A stretch of DNA of 24,999 nt from a virus. Taxonomy: Duplodnaviria > Caudoviricetes. The notes beneath the pieces are model-generated. The model worked only from the letters and a program-made list of their open reading frames with translations. It was not told where the DNA came from and did no database searches. The translations under genes were made by a program, and so were the position numbers. The DNA lies in IMG/VR virus record IMGVR_UViG_3300025099_000129, positions 1-24,999 of that record. One strand, written 5' to 3'. Of this stretch, positions 1 through 7,934 are shown piece after piece. Every line of letters starts with the position of its first letter. Position 1 is the first letter of the stretch.

Positions 1-75
1 GATAGAGCTACTGTAGCAGGTTTATTAGACAAACAAGGTCATAAAGATATGGCTGATATTATTAGGAGACTGTAA
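1..75 (+). CDS. 3' end of an upstream phage protein (partial)
   Basis: Frame 1 reads DRATVAGLLDKQGHKDMADIIRRL* and its TAA (73-75) overlaps the next ATG (TAATG). Confidence 0.75.
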   Translation, partial: DRATVAGLLDKQGHKDMADIIRRL

Positions 76-506
76 TGGCAATTTCACAAGCTATGTGTAC
101 ATCATTTAAAAAAGAACTTTTAGAAGGCGTACATAATTTTAAAAACTCAGGTGGTAATACATTTAACTTAGCACTTTATACTAGCAGTGCTTCTTTAGGT
201 GCAGCTACAACTGCATACACAACTTCAAATGAAGCATCAGGCACAAACTATACTGCTAAAGGTGCATCATTGACTAGAGTTGATCCTACTACATCAGGTA
301 CAACTGCTTTTACTGATTTTGCAGATTTAACATTTTCTAATGCAACAGTAACTGCAAATGGTTGTATGATATTTAATGATTCAGCTTCAGGCGATCCAGC
401 AGTATGTATATTAGCTTTTGGTGGAGATAAAACATCAACCGCAGGTGATTTTACAATTCAGTTCCCAACAGCAGACGCATCTAACGCAATTATAAGAATA
501 GCTTAA
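75..506 (+). CDS. Putative tail-associated virion structural protein
   Basis: 143 aa, A/T/S/G-rich, beta-type composition. AGGAG RBS at 64-68. Lies directly upstream of the fibre genes. Confidence 0.7.
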   Translation: MAISQAMCTSFKKELLEGVHNFKNSGGNTFNLALYTSSASLGAATTAYTTSNEASGTNYTAKGASLTRVDPTTSGTTAFTDFADLTFSNATVTANGCMIFNDSASGDPAVCILAFGGDKTSTAGDFTIQFPTADASNAIIRIA

Positions 507-507
507 T

Positions 508-1038
508 ATGGCAACAGTTACAGGTTGGGGTCGATCCACATGGGGAAGTGGTGCATGGGGAGAGTCTGTACCTGTAGAAGTTACTGGAGTTGTAGGCACA
601 ACTGCTATTACATCAGTTGCAGTAAGTGCTGGTGGTGAAGTAGGAGTTACTGGTGTAGCTGGAACAAGTGCATTAGGTACAGAATCTTTAGTAACAAACA
701 ATAATTTATCAGTTACAGGTCAAGCTGGAACAAGTGCAACAGGAAGTGTATCTGTAAATGCAGCAGCAGTAACAGGCGTATCTGCGGTAGCATCAACTTT
801 AAACTTAGGTGATGAAACTTTAATCACTAACAACAATCTTAGCGTTACAGGTTTAGCAGGTACATCAGCATTAAATTCAATTACAACACAAGCAAATGCA
901 GATGTAGATGTAACTGGAAATCAAGGAACAACAGGTTTAACAGGAGTAAATGTTTGGAGTTTAATTGACGATTCTCAAAATCCTTATTACTCTACAATCA
1001 ACACAACACAAAATCCAAATTGGAAGGAAGTAGCATAA
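508..1038 (+). CDS. Putative tail-fibre/appendage protein with an N-terminal WG motif and ~22-aa VTG-x-AGTS repeats
   Basis: N-terminal TGWGRSTWGSGAWG, repeated VTGxAGTSA, and duplicated E(S/T)L(V/I)TNNNLSVTG. Confidence 0.65.
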   Translation: MATVTGWGRSTWGSGAWGESVPVEVTGVVGTTAITSVAVSAGGEVGVTGVAGTSALGTESLVTNNNLSVTGQAGTSATGSVSVNAAAVTGVSAVASTLNLGDETLITNNNLSVTGLAGTSALNSITTQANADVDVTGNQGTTGLTGVNVWSLIDDSQNPYYSTINTTQNPNWKEVA

Positions 1039-1039
1039 T

Positions 1040-2614
1040 ATGGCAACTTATGTAAATAATTTAAGATTAAAAGAAATAGCAACTGGTGATGAATCAGGTA
1101 CTTGGGGTACATCCACAAATACCAATTTAGAACTTATTGGTGAGGCTTTAGGTATAGGCACAGAAGCTATTACTACTAATGCTGATACACATACTACAAC
1201 TGTAGCAGATGGAAGTTCTGATGCAGGTAGAGCAATGTATCTTAAATATACAGGTGCTTTAGATTCTGACTGTACTATAACGATTGGTCCAAATACCATG
1301 AAAAGAGTACAGATTATTGAAAATGCTACTACTGATTCAGGTAGTAGTGGACCTTATAATATTATTATATCTCAAGGCTCAGGCTCTAATGTAACTGTTG
1401 CCAATGGAAAAGTAGCGGTAGTTCAGTTAGATGGAGCAGGTTCAGGTGCAGCAGTATTAGATGTATTTACTGATTTACAAGTAACAGATACTTTATCTAT
1501 TAATGGTACAACTTTAACCATAGGTGATGCTACTGCTGAAGATACTAAGCTAGTGTTTGACGGAAATGCACAAGATTATTATATAGGACTAGATGATAGT
1601 GCCGATGATTTAGTTATAGGTCTTGGTTCAGCCGTAGGTACAACACCTGCTATTGAAATTGATGAAAATCAAGATGTTAAGTTTGCTCAATCTATAGGTG
1701 TGGGACAAGCAGCATCTTCAACTACTGGAGATATTGTTGCTCAAACTATGGCATTAAAAGGAACAACTCCTACTTTAACAATAGGAGATGCAGGAGCAGA
1801 AGATACTAAGATTGTATTTGATGGCAACGCTAAAGACTTTTATGTAGGTTTAGATGATAGTGCTGATAAGTTATTAATCGGTGAAGGTTCAACAGTAGGA
1901 ACAAATAGTATTCTTACAATTACTGATGATACAGTTACTTTAGGTGATGGAGCAGCAGTAGATACAGCATTAATTTATGATGGTAATGCTAAAGACTTTT
2001 ATGTTGCACTAGATGATTCTGCTGATAAATTAGTTATTGGAGAAGGCTCTACTGTAGGTACAAATAGCATACTTACAATAGATGATGATTCTGTAACTAT
2101 TGGTGATGGTGCAGCAGTTGATACTAAGTTAGTGTTTGATGGTAATGCTCAAGATTACTATGTAGGTTTAGATGACTCAGCAGATGATTTAGTTATTGGT
2201 TTAGGATCAACAGTTGGTACAACACCAGCAGTTTCTATTGATGAAAATCAAAAAGCTACTTTTCCAAAAGCAGTTACAGCATCTACTTCAGCTAATATTA
2301 CACAGGTTGCAATAACCTCAAGCTCTAATGCAGTTGCTTGGGATGCAGCAGCAGCAGCTAATGCTTATCATGTAACCACAGAGAACACGACTTTCTCAGC
2401 ACCAAGTAATGCTGTAGAAGGTGCGATCATTTCTGTCGAAATAGCACAAGGGGGAACTGCAAGAACTATCGCATGGAATACAGTATTTGAATTCGCAGCC
2501 TCAACAGCCCCTACTGTTACAGCAACAGCTTCTAAAACAGATATATTCGCATTTAGATACAATGGCTCTGTCTGGCAAGAAATTGGCAGAAGTCAAAATA
2601 TGGCTCAAACCTAA
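1040..2614 (+). CDS. Tail fibre protein with four internal 53-aa repeats
   Basis: N-terminus LKEIATGDESGTWGTSTNTNL is typical of fibre attachment domains. Four IGD...DGNA(Q/K)D(Y/F)Y.GLDDSAD repeats. C-terminal tip-like domain (QGGTARTIAW...TDIFAFRYNGSVW). Confidence 0.8.
   Translation: MATYVNNLRLKEIATGDESGTWGTSTNTNLELIGEALGIGTEAITTNADTHTTTVADGSSDAGRAMYLKYTGALDSDCTITIGPNTMKRVQIIENATTDSGSSGPYNIIISQGSGSNVTVANGKVAVVQLDGAGSGAAVLDVFTDLQVTDTLSINGTTLTIGDATAEDTKLVFDGNAQDYYIGLDDSADDLVIGLGSAVGTTPAIEIDENQDVKFAQSIGVGQAASSTTGDIVAQTMALKGTTPTLTIGDAGAEDTKIVFDGNAKDFYVGLDDSADKLLIGEGSTVGTNSILTITDDTVTLGDGAAVDTALIYDGNAKDFYVALDDSADKLVIGEGSTVGTNSILTIDDDSVTIGDGAAVDTKLVFDGNAQDYYVGLDDSADDLVIGLGSTVGTTPAVSIDENQKATFPKAVTASTSANITQVAITSSSNAVAWDAAAAANAYHVTTENTTFSAPSNAVEGAIISVEIAQGGTARTIAWNTVFEFAASTAPTVTATASKTDIFAFRYNGSVWQEIGRSQNMAQT
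1511..2250 (+). repeat. Four coding repeats of ~159 nt in the tail fibre (A-B-B-A)
   Basis: The (I/L)GD codons begin at 1520, 1781, 1940 and 2099. The last three are spaced exactly 159 nt apart. Confidence 0.9.
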
Positions 2615-2615
2615 T

Positions 2616-3998
2616 ATGGAAACTCTACAGCGTACAGCAAATAGAGGAAGCATATCTACTGGTGGGTATGAGATTAATAACTCTTTGAAGATTGAAGATG
2701 ATAATACTGAACATATGACAAGAACTTATAGTGAAGCAGGTGTTAAAACTAAAGGAACTATAAGTTTTTGGCATAAAAGAACTGAAATACAATCAGGAGT
2801 AAAAAGACCTGTAGATTGTTACGATGGTTCTTCAAATAATTCTTCAGGAATTTTTATAGATGGGCATAGATTGTGTTTTGACTTTGGCGGTAATGGAAGG
2901 CACTCTTTAAGAGCCAATGCTTTAATGAGAGATACTTCAGCTTGGTATCATTTAATGGCAACTTGGGATACTTCTCAAGGTACAGACTCTAATAGAACAA
3001 AAATTTATATAAATGGAGAACAGGTTACTGATTTGCATGAAGCAACTTACCCTTCTCAAAATGCTGAAGTTCAATTTTTTACAAACACAGGTGGTGGTTC
3101 ACAAACAAACAAATTATTTTGTCAAGCAACTAACACATCAAACCATCCAAACGGATATTTTGCAGAGTTTCATTATGTAAATAATTCACAATTAAGCCCT
3201 ACAGACTTTGGTGAATACGATAGTAATAGTGGTATTTGGAAGCCAAAAGAATATACAGGTACTTATGGAGATACTGGTTTTTATTTAGACTTTGCAGATG
3301 CTTCAGACTTAGGTGATGATGAAAGTGGTAATGGTAATGATTTTACAGAAGTAAACATAGCAGCAGCCGACCAAGCGACTGATTCTCCGACTAATAATTT
3401 TGCAACACAGAATGTTATTTGGGGTACTGATAGAATGCCTTTAATGTCACAAGGTGCTACAGAAATAGGTAATAATGTTAGTGCTTATAGATATTCACCA
3501 GCTACTATGGGTGTTGCTAAAGGTAAATGGTATTGGGAAATAAAACCTACTGTAAATGGTAATACGCTTGTATCAGGGGCGGGAATAGCGTCAAATCAAA
3601 CTACACTTTTTTTTTATGATACAACAGGTAATTTTGTTTATCACTATGATGGTGATAGGTATGTAAATGGAGCAGGTGTATCAAGTTATGGAGCGGCTTG
3701 GTCAACCAATGATATTATAGGTTTTGCTTATGATGCGGACAACTGGACACTTACTGCCTATGTAAACAATTCTTCTCAGGGTAATTTATTAGCAAGTCAA
3801 ACTGATATTTCTTCAGAACTTTTTATACCTTATGTGTATTCTTTTGGAACTCATACATATCAAACTAACTTTGGTGGTTATACAACTATGAGTAACACTC
3901 ATACAAATACAGACGCAAACGGATATGGTTCGTTTGTTTATGCACCCCCATCGGGCTACTACGCTTTGTGTTCAAAAAATTTAGCAGAATTTGGATAA
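2616..3998 (+). CDS. LamG/concanavalin-A-like plus SPRY-like domain protein (putative receptor-binding/fibre-associated)
   Basis: Start reassigned to the ATG at 2616 (METLQRTANRG), just after the fibre stop. Motifs TISFWHKR, RDTSAWYHLM..WDT, KIYINGEQ (LamG-like) and GKWYWEI, DIIGFAYDAD (SPRY-like). Confidence 0.8.
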   Translation: METLQRTANRGSISTGGYEINNSLKIEDDNTEHMTRTYSEAGVKTKGTISFWHKRTEIQSGVKRPVDCYDGSSNNSSGIFIDGHRLCFDFGGNGRHSLRANALMRDTSAWYHLMATWDTSQGTDSNRTKIYINGEQVTDLHEATYPSQNAEVQFFTNTGGGSQTNKLFCQATNTSNHPNGYFAEFHYVNNSQLSPTDFGEYDSNSGIWKPKEYTGTYGDTGFYLDFADASDLGDDESGNGNDFTEVNIAAADQATDSPTNNFATQNVIWGTDRMPLMSQGATEIGNNVSAYRYSPATMGVAKGKWYWEIKPTVNGNTLVSGAGIASNQTTLFFYDTTGNFVYHYDGDRYVNGAGVSSYGAAWSTNDIIGFAYDADNWTLTAYVNNSSQGNLLASQTDISSELFIPYVYSFGTHTYQTNFGGYTTMSNTHTNTDANGYGSFVYAPPSGYYALCSKNLAEFG

Positions 3999-4004
3999 TT
4001 AATT

Positions 4005-5099
4005 ATGGCTTATACAACAATAGACGACCCTTCAGCACATTTTCAGACTAAACTATATGTTGGAACTGCTGGTTTAAGCATACCAGTAACTCACACTAAT
4101 GATGGCAATAGTGATCTACAACCTGATTTAATTTGGGGTAAGGACAGAGATACAACTTATGGGTATTATCTTTGCGACTCCAGTAGAGGTAGAAGTAAAT
4201 ATTTGTATTCTGATAGTGTTAGTGCAGAAGTAACTACTGCTGCTGCTGGTAATGATATTGTTTCATTTGATACTGATGGTTTTAAAGTAGGCGCACCTAG
4301 TGCTTCAAATTCTACAAATGCTGGTACAACAAATAAAGTTGCATGGCAATGGAAAGCCAATGGTGGTACTACTAGTTCTTTTACTGAAAGTGGTAACAAT
4401 CCCGGTGGAACTATACAAACAAACTCAACAGCAGGGTTTAGTATTATTAGTTACACAGGAACAGGTGGACCGGGAAATATAGCTCATGGTTTACCTTCTG
4501 CTCCCGAATGGATTATATTTAAAAACAGAGGAACAACAAATGTTTGGGCGTGTTGGCATGTTGCTTTAGGGGATGATTATAAAATTGTGCTTAATAGCAC
4601 AGACGGTAAAGATGCCGATGGTTCTTTTATGAACAGTACACTACCTGATGCTACAAATATAAGAGTAGGAGATTCTAATAATCCAAACACAAATGCCGAT
4701 ACAGGTACTTATATATGTTATGCATGGAGTCCAATTGCAGGCTACAGTAAGTTCGGCAAGTATGTCGGCAATGGAAATGCAGATGGTCCGTTCATCTATA
4801 CAGGTTTCAAACCTGCCTACATATTATTTAAAAAATCAAGTGATAGTGGCGATAACTGGATGGTGTACGATGACAAAAGAAGTGATAGTAATGGTAATGT
4901 GGTTGATAGAGCATTAAGACCAAATTCAGACGCAGCAGAATATGATAATGCAAATGCAAATATAGACATATTAAGCAATGGCTTTAAACTGCGTTCAAGT
5001 TTTGGCTGGGTAAACCAAAGCAGTCATACATACATCTATATGGCATGGGCAGAAAATCCATTTGTGACTTCGACTGGTATTCCAACAACAGCTAGGTAA
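4005..5099 (+). CDS. Beta-rich fibre-associated repeat protein (DUF7483-like marine phage family)
   Basis: Three related units: PDLIWGKDR, PEWIIFKNR, PAYILFKKS, ending VAWQW / YICYAW / YIYMAW. Follows the LamG/SPRY gene. Confidence 0.65.
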   Translation: MAYTTIDDPSAHFQTKLYVGTAGLSIPVTHTNDGNSDLQPDLIWGKDRDTTYGYYLCDSSRGRSKYLYSDSVSAEVTTAAAGNDIVSFDTDGFKVGAPSASNSTNAGTTNKVAWQWKANGGTTSSFTESGNNPGGTIQTNSTAGFSIISYTGTGGPGNIAHGLPSAPEWIIFKNRGTTNVWACWHVALGDDYKIVLNSTDGKDADGSFMNSTLPDATNIRVGDSNNPNTNADTGTYICYAWSPIAGYSKFGKYVGNGNADGPFIYTGFKPAYILFKKSSDSGDNWMVYDDKRSDSNGNVVDRALRPNSDAAEYDNANANIDILSNGFKLRSSFGWVNQSSHTYIYMAWAENPFVTSTGIPTTAR

Positions 5100-5127
5100 A
5101 ACAATTAATTTGAGGTAATATAAAATT

Positions 5128-5733
5128 ATGTGGGCATTAGTAGAATCAGGAAGTGTTAGCAAAGTCTATCCACGACCAAAACAAATAACAGTAGGAGATA
5201 TTCAATATCCTAGCAACATCTTTATGCTTTGGACTAGCTCTGAGCTAGAAGCCATAGGCATTTATTCAGTTATAATAGATAACACCAATTATAAAGACCC
5301 TGAGTATTATATTAATACAAATCAGTCTTTTGCATTTGGGAGTGGTAAAGTTACAGCAACCTATGGTACAGCTACAGCAAAACCATTAGATAATGTACTC
5401 TTTACAGCACAAGACCAAACAGATGGTTTAGGTACAGAGGGTGATGTAAAACAACCTGGAGTTAGACCACCTAAATTAACTATTGTAGACCAACAAGCCT
5501 ACAGCTTACTACAACCTAATGATTGGATGGTAGTAAAGGCTACTGAAACAAGTGGTTCAGTTGCAAGTAATTGGACTACTTATAGAGCAGCAGTTAGAAC
5601 AGCAGCTAATGATATGAAAACAAAAATCAACGCAGTATCAACTGTAGATGCTTTAGCAGCACTATATGTTTATAACGATGCTACACCACCAGTTCGACCA
5701 TTAGGAGAGTTTCCAACTCCTCCTAGTTCGTGA
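5128..5733 (+). CDS. Tail-fibre assembly chaperone-like protein
   Basis: C-terminal LLQPNDWMVVK...WTTYRAAVR resembles the DW...W..YR.ALR motif of phage tail assembly chaperones. GAGGT RBS upstream. Confidence 0.65.
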   Translation: MWALVESGSVSKVYPRPKQITVGDIQYPSNIFMLWTSSELEAIGIYSVIIDNTNYKDPEYYINTNQSFAFGSGKVTATYGTATAKPLDNVLFTAQDQTDGLGTEGDVKQPGVRPPKLTIVDQQAYSLLQPNDWMVVKATETSGSVASNWTTYRAAVRTAANDMKTKINAVSTVDALAALYVYNDATPPVRPLGEFPTPPSS

Positions 5734-5819
5734 TAGACTTTTTATGGTATATCTTAGCAATATTTGCAGTAGCAAGTTTTGCTGTTATTTTAACAGGTGA
5801 TAATAATCACCCTTTATAG
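5730..5819 (+). CDS. Small single-TM peptide, 29 aa (not in ORF track)
   Basis: GTG start overlaps the upstream TGA (GTGA). Reads MIDFLWYILAIFAVASFAVILTGDNNHPL*, fills the gap, and its stop overlaps the next RBS. Confidence 0.55.
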   Translation: MIDFLWYILAIFAVASFAVILTGDNNHPL

Positions 5820-5828
5820 GAGTAATTT

Positions 5829-5984
5829 ATGATAGAACTATTAATGTGGATATGTGTAATTGTAGCAATAGCATCTGGTATTGCAGCTATCACACCAACA
5901 CCTAAAGATGATCATTGGTTTAGACATATTTATAAAGCTATTGATTGGTGTGCATTAAACATTTGGAAAGCAAAAGACAAATGA
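5829..5984 (+). CDS. Small membrane protein with TPTPKDD motif, 51 aa, possibly holin-like (not in ORF track)
   Basis: AGGAG RBS at 5818-5822. Reads MIELLMWICVIVAIASGIAAITPTPKDDHWFRHIYKAIDWCALNIWKAKDK*. ATGA overlap with the next gene. Confidence 0.8.
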   Translation: MIELLMWICVIVAIASGIAAITPTPKDDHWFRHIYKAIDWCALNIWKAKDK

Positions 5985-6139
5985 GTTGGTGGAAAAAACT
6001 TGTCGATACAGTTACAGGCACTGAAAGAAAACAAGTTCGTGCTAGAAACAATAAAGGCAAATATGTAGCAGATGATAAATCAACACCAGATGTTAATGAG
6101 GCTTACAAAACAGTAAGAGTTAAAAAGAAAAAGAAATGA
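5981..6139 (+). CDS. Small basic phage protein (RARNNKGKYVADD..TPDVNEAY motif)
   Basis: Start reassigned to the ATG at 5981 (ATGA overlap). 52 aa with a poly-Lys C-terminus. Confidence 0.75.
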   Translation: MSWWKKLVDTVTGTERKQVRARNNKGKYVADDKSTPDVNEAYKTVRVKKKKK

Positions 6140-6315
6140 CATCTGCTATTGAAAGAGTAGCAGCCCATGAAAAAGAGTGTGCTATTCGTTATGAAAACAT
6201 AGAGAAAAGACTAGATCAAGGTCAAGCAAGATTTGCTAGATTAGAAAATATGATTTGGGGTCTTTATGTTTTATTAATAAGTTCAATGATAGGAATCATA
6301 AGTCAAACATTATGA
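6136..6315 (+). CDS. Small coiled-coil protein with C-terminal TM, 59 aa, XhlA/holin-like architecture (not in ORF track)
   Basis: Reads MTSAIERVAAHEKECAIRYENIEKRLDQGQARFARLENMIWGLYVLLISSMIGIISQTL*. ATGA overlaps at both ends. Confidence 0.8.
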   Translation: MTSAIERVAAHEKECAIRYENIEKRLDQGQARFARLENMIWGLYVLLISSMIGIISQTL

Positions 6316-6599
6316 GTAGAGCACAAAAAACAATTAATAGAGTTGCAGATAAACTTAAAAAAGCAAGTCAAGCTCATGCTGGTCAAGCTAAAACTTTAGA
6401 GTCTATTAAATTAAAAAAAGGTGGAAAAACTAAAAGCAAAGTTAATCAAGCAGGTAATTACACCAAACCATCAATGCGTAAAAGATTATTTAATAAAATT
6501 AAAGCAGGTGGTAAAGGAGGCAAACCCGGTCAGTGGAGTGCTCGTAAAGCTCAAATGTTAGCTAAACAATACAAAGCAAAAGGTGGCGGATATAAATAG
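6312..6599 (+). CDS. Highly basic protein, DUF5872-like N-terminal half
   Basis: Start reassigned to the ATG at 6312. Motif YTKPSMRKRLFNKIKAGGKGGKPGQWSARKAQMLAKQYKAKGGGY. Confidence 0.75.
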   Translation: MSRAQKTINRVADKLKKASQAHAGQAKTLESIKLKKGGKTKSKVNQAGNYTKPSMRKRLFNKIKAGGKGGKPGQWSARKAQMLAKQYKAKGGGYK

Positions 6600-7273
6600 T
6601 GTCTTATCTTATAGACAATATACCTCACTTCAAGTGTTGGGTAAGAAAAGAATTTACTCATAATCACGAACAATATCATGGTGAATTTTTACATGCTATT
6701 GCAATAGCAGTTAATACTATTCCTGATAGATCATTATCTTTTCAAGTTGTATTTACAGGTTGTGAAGCAGACTTATACGAAGAAGAAATATCTAATATTC
6801 ATGGTGGTGCTATGTGGGCAAGGATGCCAATACAAGCACTTGTAGCAGATATAAGCATGAATCAATTTCCTGAGCCTATGGAAAATCATTTAGCTCAACC
6901 TTGGGATTGTGAATCAAGACATCATGCAACTATGATATTAGATAGGACTAGCTCTAGTCCTTGGATAGCAAAAATAGATGGTGAGTTTTATAAATCTAAA
7001 TATTTATTTACAGTAGATTATACAGATCACCCAATAGCAGATTGTCCAGCACAACATAAACAATCTCATGTAATGTACATAACTGAAGATTGTAAATGGA
7101 AAGGTAATGTTATAGCGTTACCAAATAATAGAGTAAGAGTTACAAACCCTGCTTTATGGGTTACAGGAGAGGGACCACCAGACTTTAAACCTTCACAATA
7201 TTTACATTCAGCAGAAGAACATGAAAGTTACATGGACCCTGACATAACATTTAATAATTTATATGAAGACTAA
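6599..7273 (+). CDS. Conserved hypothetical phage protein
   Basis: GTG start overlaps the upstream TAG. 224-aa globular, His/Cys-rich protein (WVRKEF, GAMWARMP, QPWDC, QHKQSH, PNNR). Confidence 0.75.
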   Translation: MSYLIDNIPHFKCWVRKEFTHNHEQYHGEFLHAIAIAVNTIPDRSLSFQVVFTGCEADLYEEEISNIHGGAMWARMPIQALVADISMNQFPEPMENHLAQPWDCESRHHATMILDRTSSSPWIAKIDGEFYKSKYLFTVDYTDHPIADCPAQHKQSHVMYITEDCKWKGNVIALPNNRVRVTNPALWVTGEGPPDFKPSQYLHSAEEHESYMDPDITFNNLYED

Positions 7274-7512
7274 TGGCATTAAAAAAATCACAAAAAAGTC
7301 TAAAAAAATGGACAAAACAAAAATGGACTACTCCTAGTGGAAAAAAATCTTCTGAAACAGGAGAGGTGTATGCACCAAAAGCTCAAATACAAAAATTAAA
7401 ATCTACTGCAAAGGGTAGGCGTAAATTAGCAGCAGCTAATAAAAAGAAAAGAGAAGCTACTAGAAAAGGCAAACAACATGCTAAACATGGTTTACATAAA
7501 GGTAAAAGATAA
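7273..7512 (+). CDS. Highly basic protein, DUF5872-like C-terminal half
   Basis: SQKSLKKWTKQKWTT...YAPK...KKREATRKGKQ. TAATG overlaps on both sides. Confidence 0.7.
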   Translation: MALKKSQKSLKKWTKQKWTTPSGKKSSETGEVYAPKAQIQKLKSTAKGRRKLAAANKKKREATRKGKQHAKHGLHKGKR

Positions 7513-7934
7513 TGTATGAATATAGTTGTACAGTTACTAGGGTTGTTGATGGCGATACTATTGATGTCATTCTTGATCTTGGTTTTTCTATTCTTCACAA
7601 GTGTCGTGTACGCCTTTATGGAATTGATACGCCTGAATCAAGAACCAGAAATAAAGATGAAAAAGCTAGAGGAAAATTAGCTTCAAAGTTTTTAGAAGAC
7701 TCTATTAATGATGGTACTAAAGTAATTTTACGATCAAAGTTAAAAGATTCTAAAGGAAAGTATGGTCGTGTTTTAGGAGAAGTTATTGTAGATGATATAA
7801 ATATTAACGAGTTAATGGTTAAAAGATATTTAGCAGTTAAATATTATGGTCAAAGTAAACAAGATGTTGAAACAGAACATTTAAGCAATAGAAAAAAATT
7901 AATTAAACTAGGAGTGTATGTGGTCAATGAATGA
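7512..7934 (+). CDS. Staphylococcal nuclease (SNase/thermonuclease)-like protein
   Basis: Motifs RVVDGDTI, RVRLYGIDTPE, KGKYGRVLG and NELMV...LA. No signal peptide. Confidence 0.9.
   Translation: MYEYSCTVTRVVDGDTIDVILDLGFSILHKCRVRLYGIDTPESRTRNKDEKARGKLASKFLEDSINDGTKVILRSKLKDSKGKYGRVLGEVIVDDININELMVKRYLAVKYYGQSKQDVETEHLSNRKKLIKLGVYVVNE

Noticed and set aside
2487-2615. Track start at 2487, and similarly 5945, 6255, 11246, 12208 and 17984
   Set aside because: These extensions overlap upstream genes. Downstream ATGs with an RBS or stop-start coupling fit better.
1511-5099. Diversity-generating retroelement acting on the fibre or lectin genes
   Set aside because: No reverse transcriptase is in the window, and repeat differences are mostly synonymous rather than adenine-specific. 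No TR/VR pair was seen.
6599-7273. Middle gene as a homing endonuclease or intron interrupting DUF5872
   Set aside because: No HNH, GIY-YIG or LAGLIDADG motif and no flanking non-coding intron sequence. Both neighbouring genes have their own start and stop.
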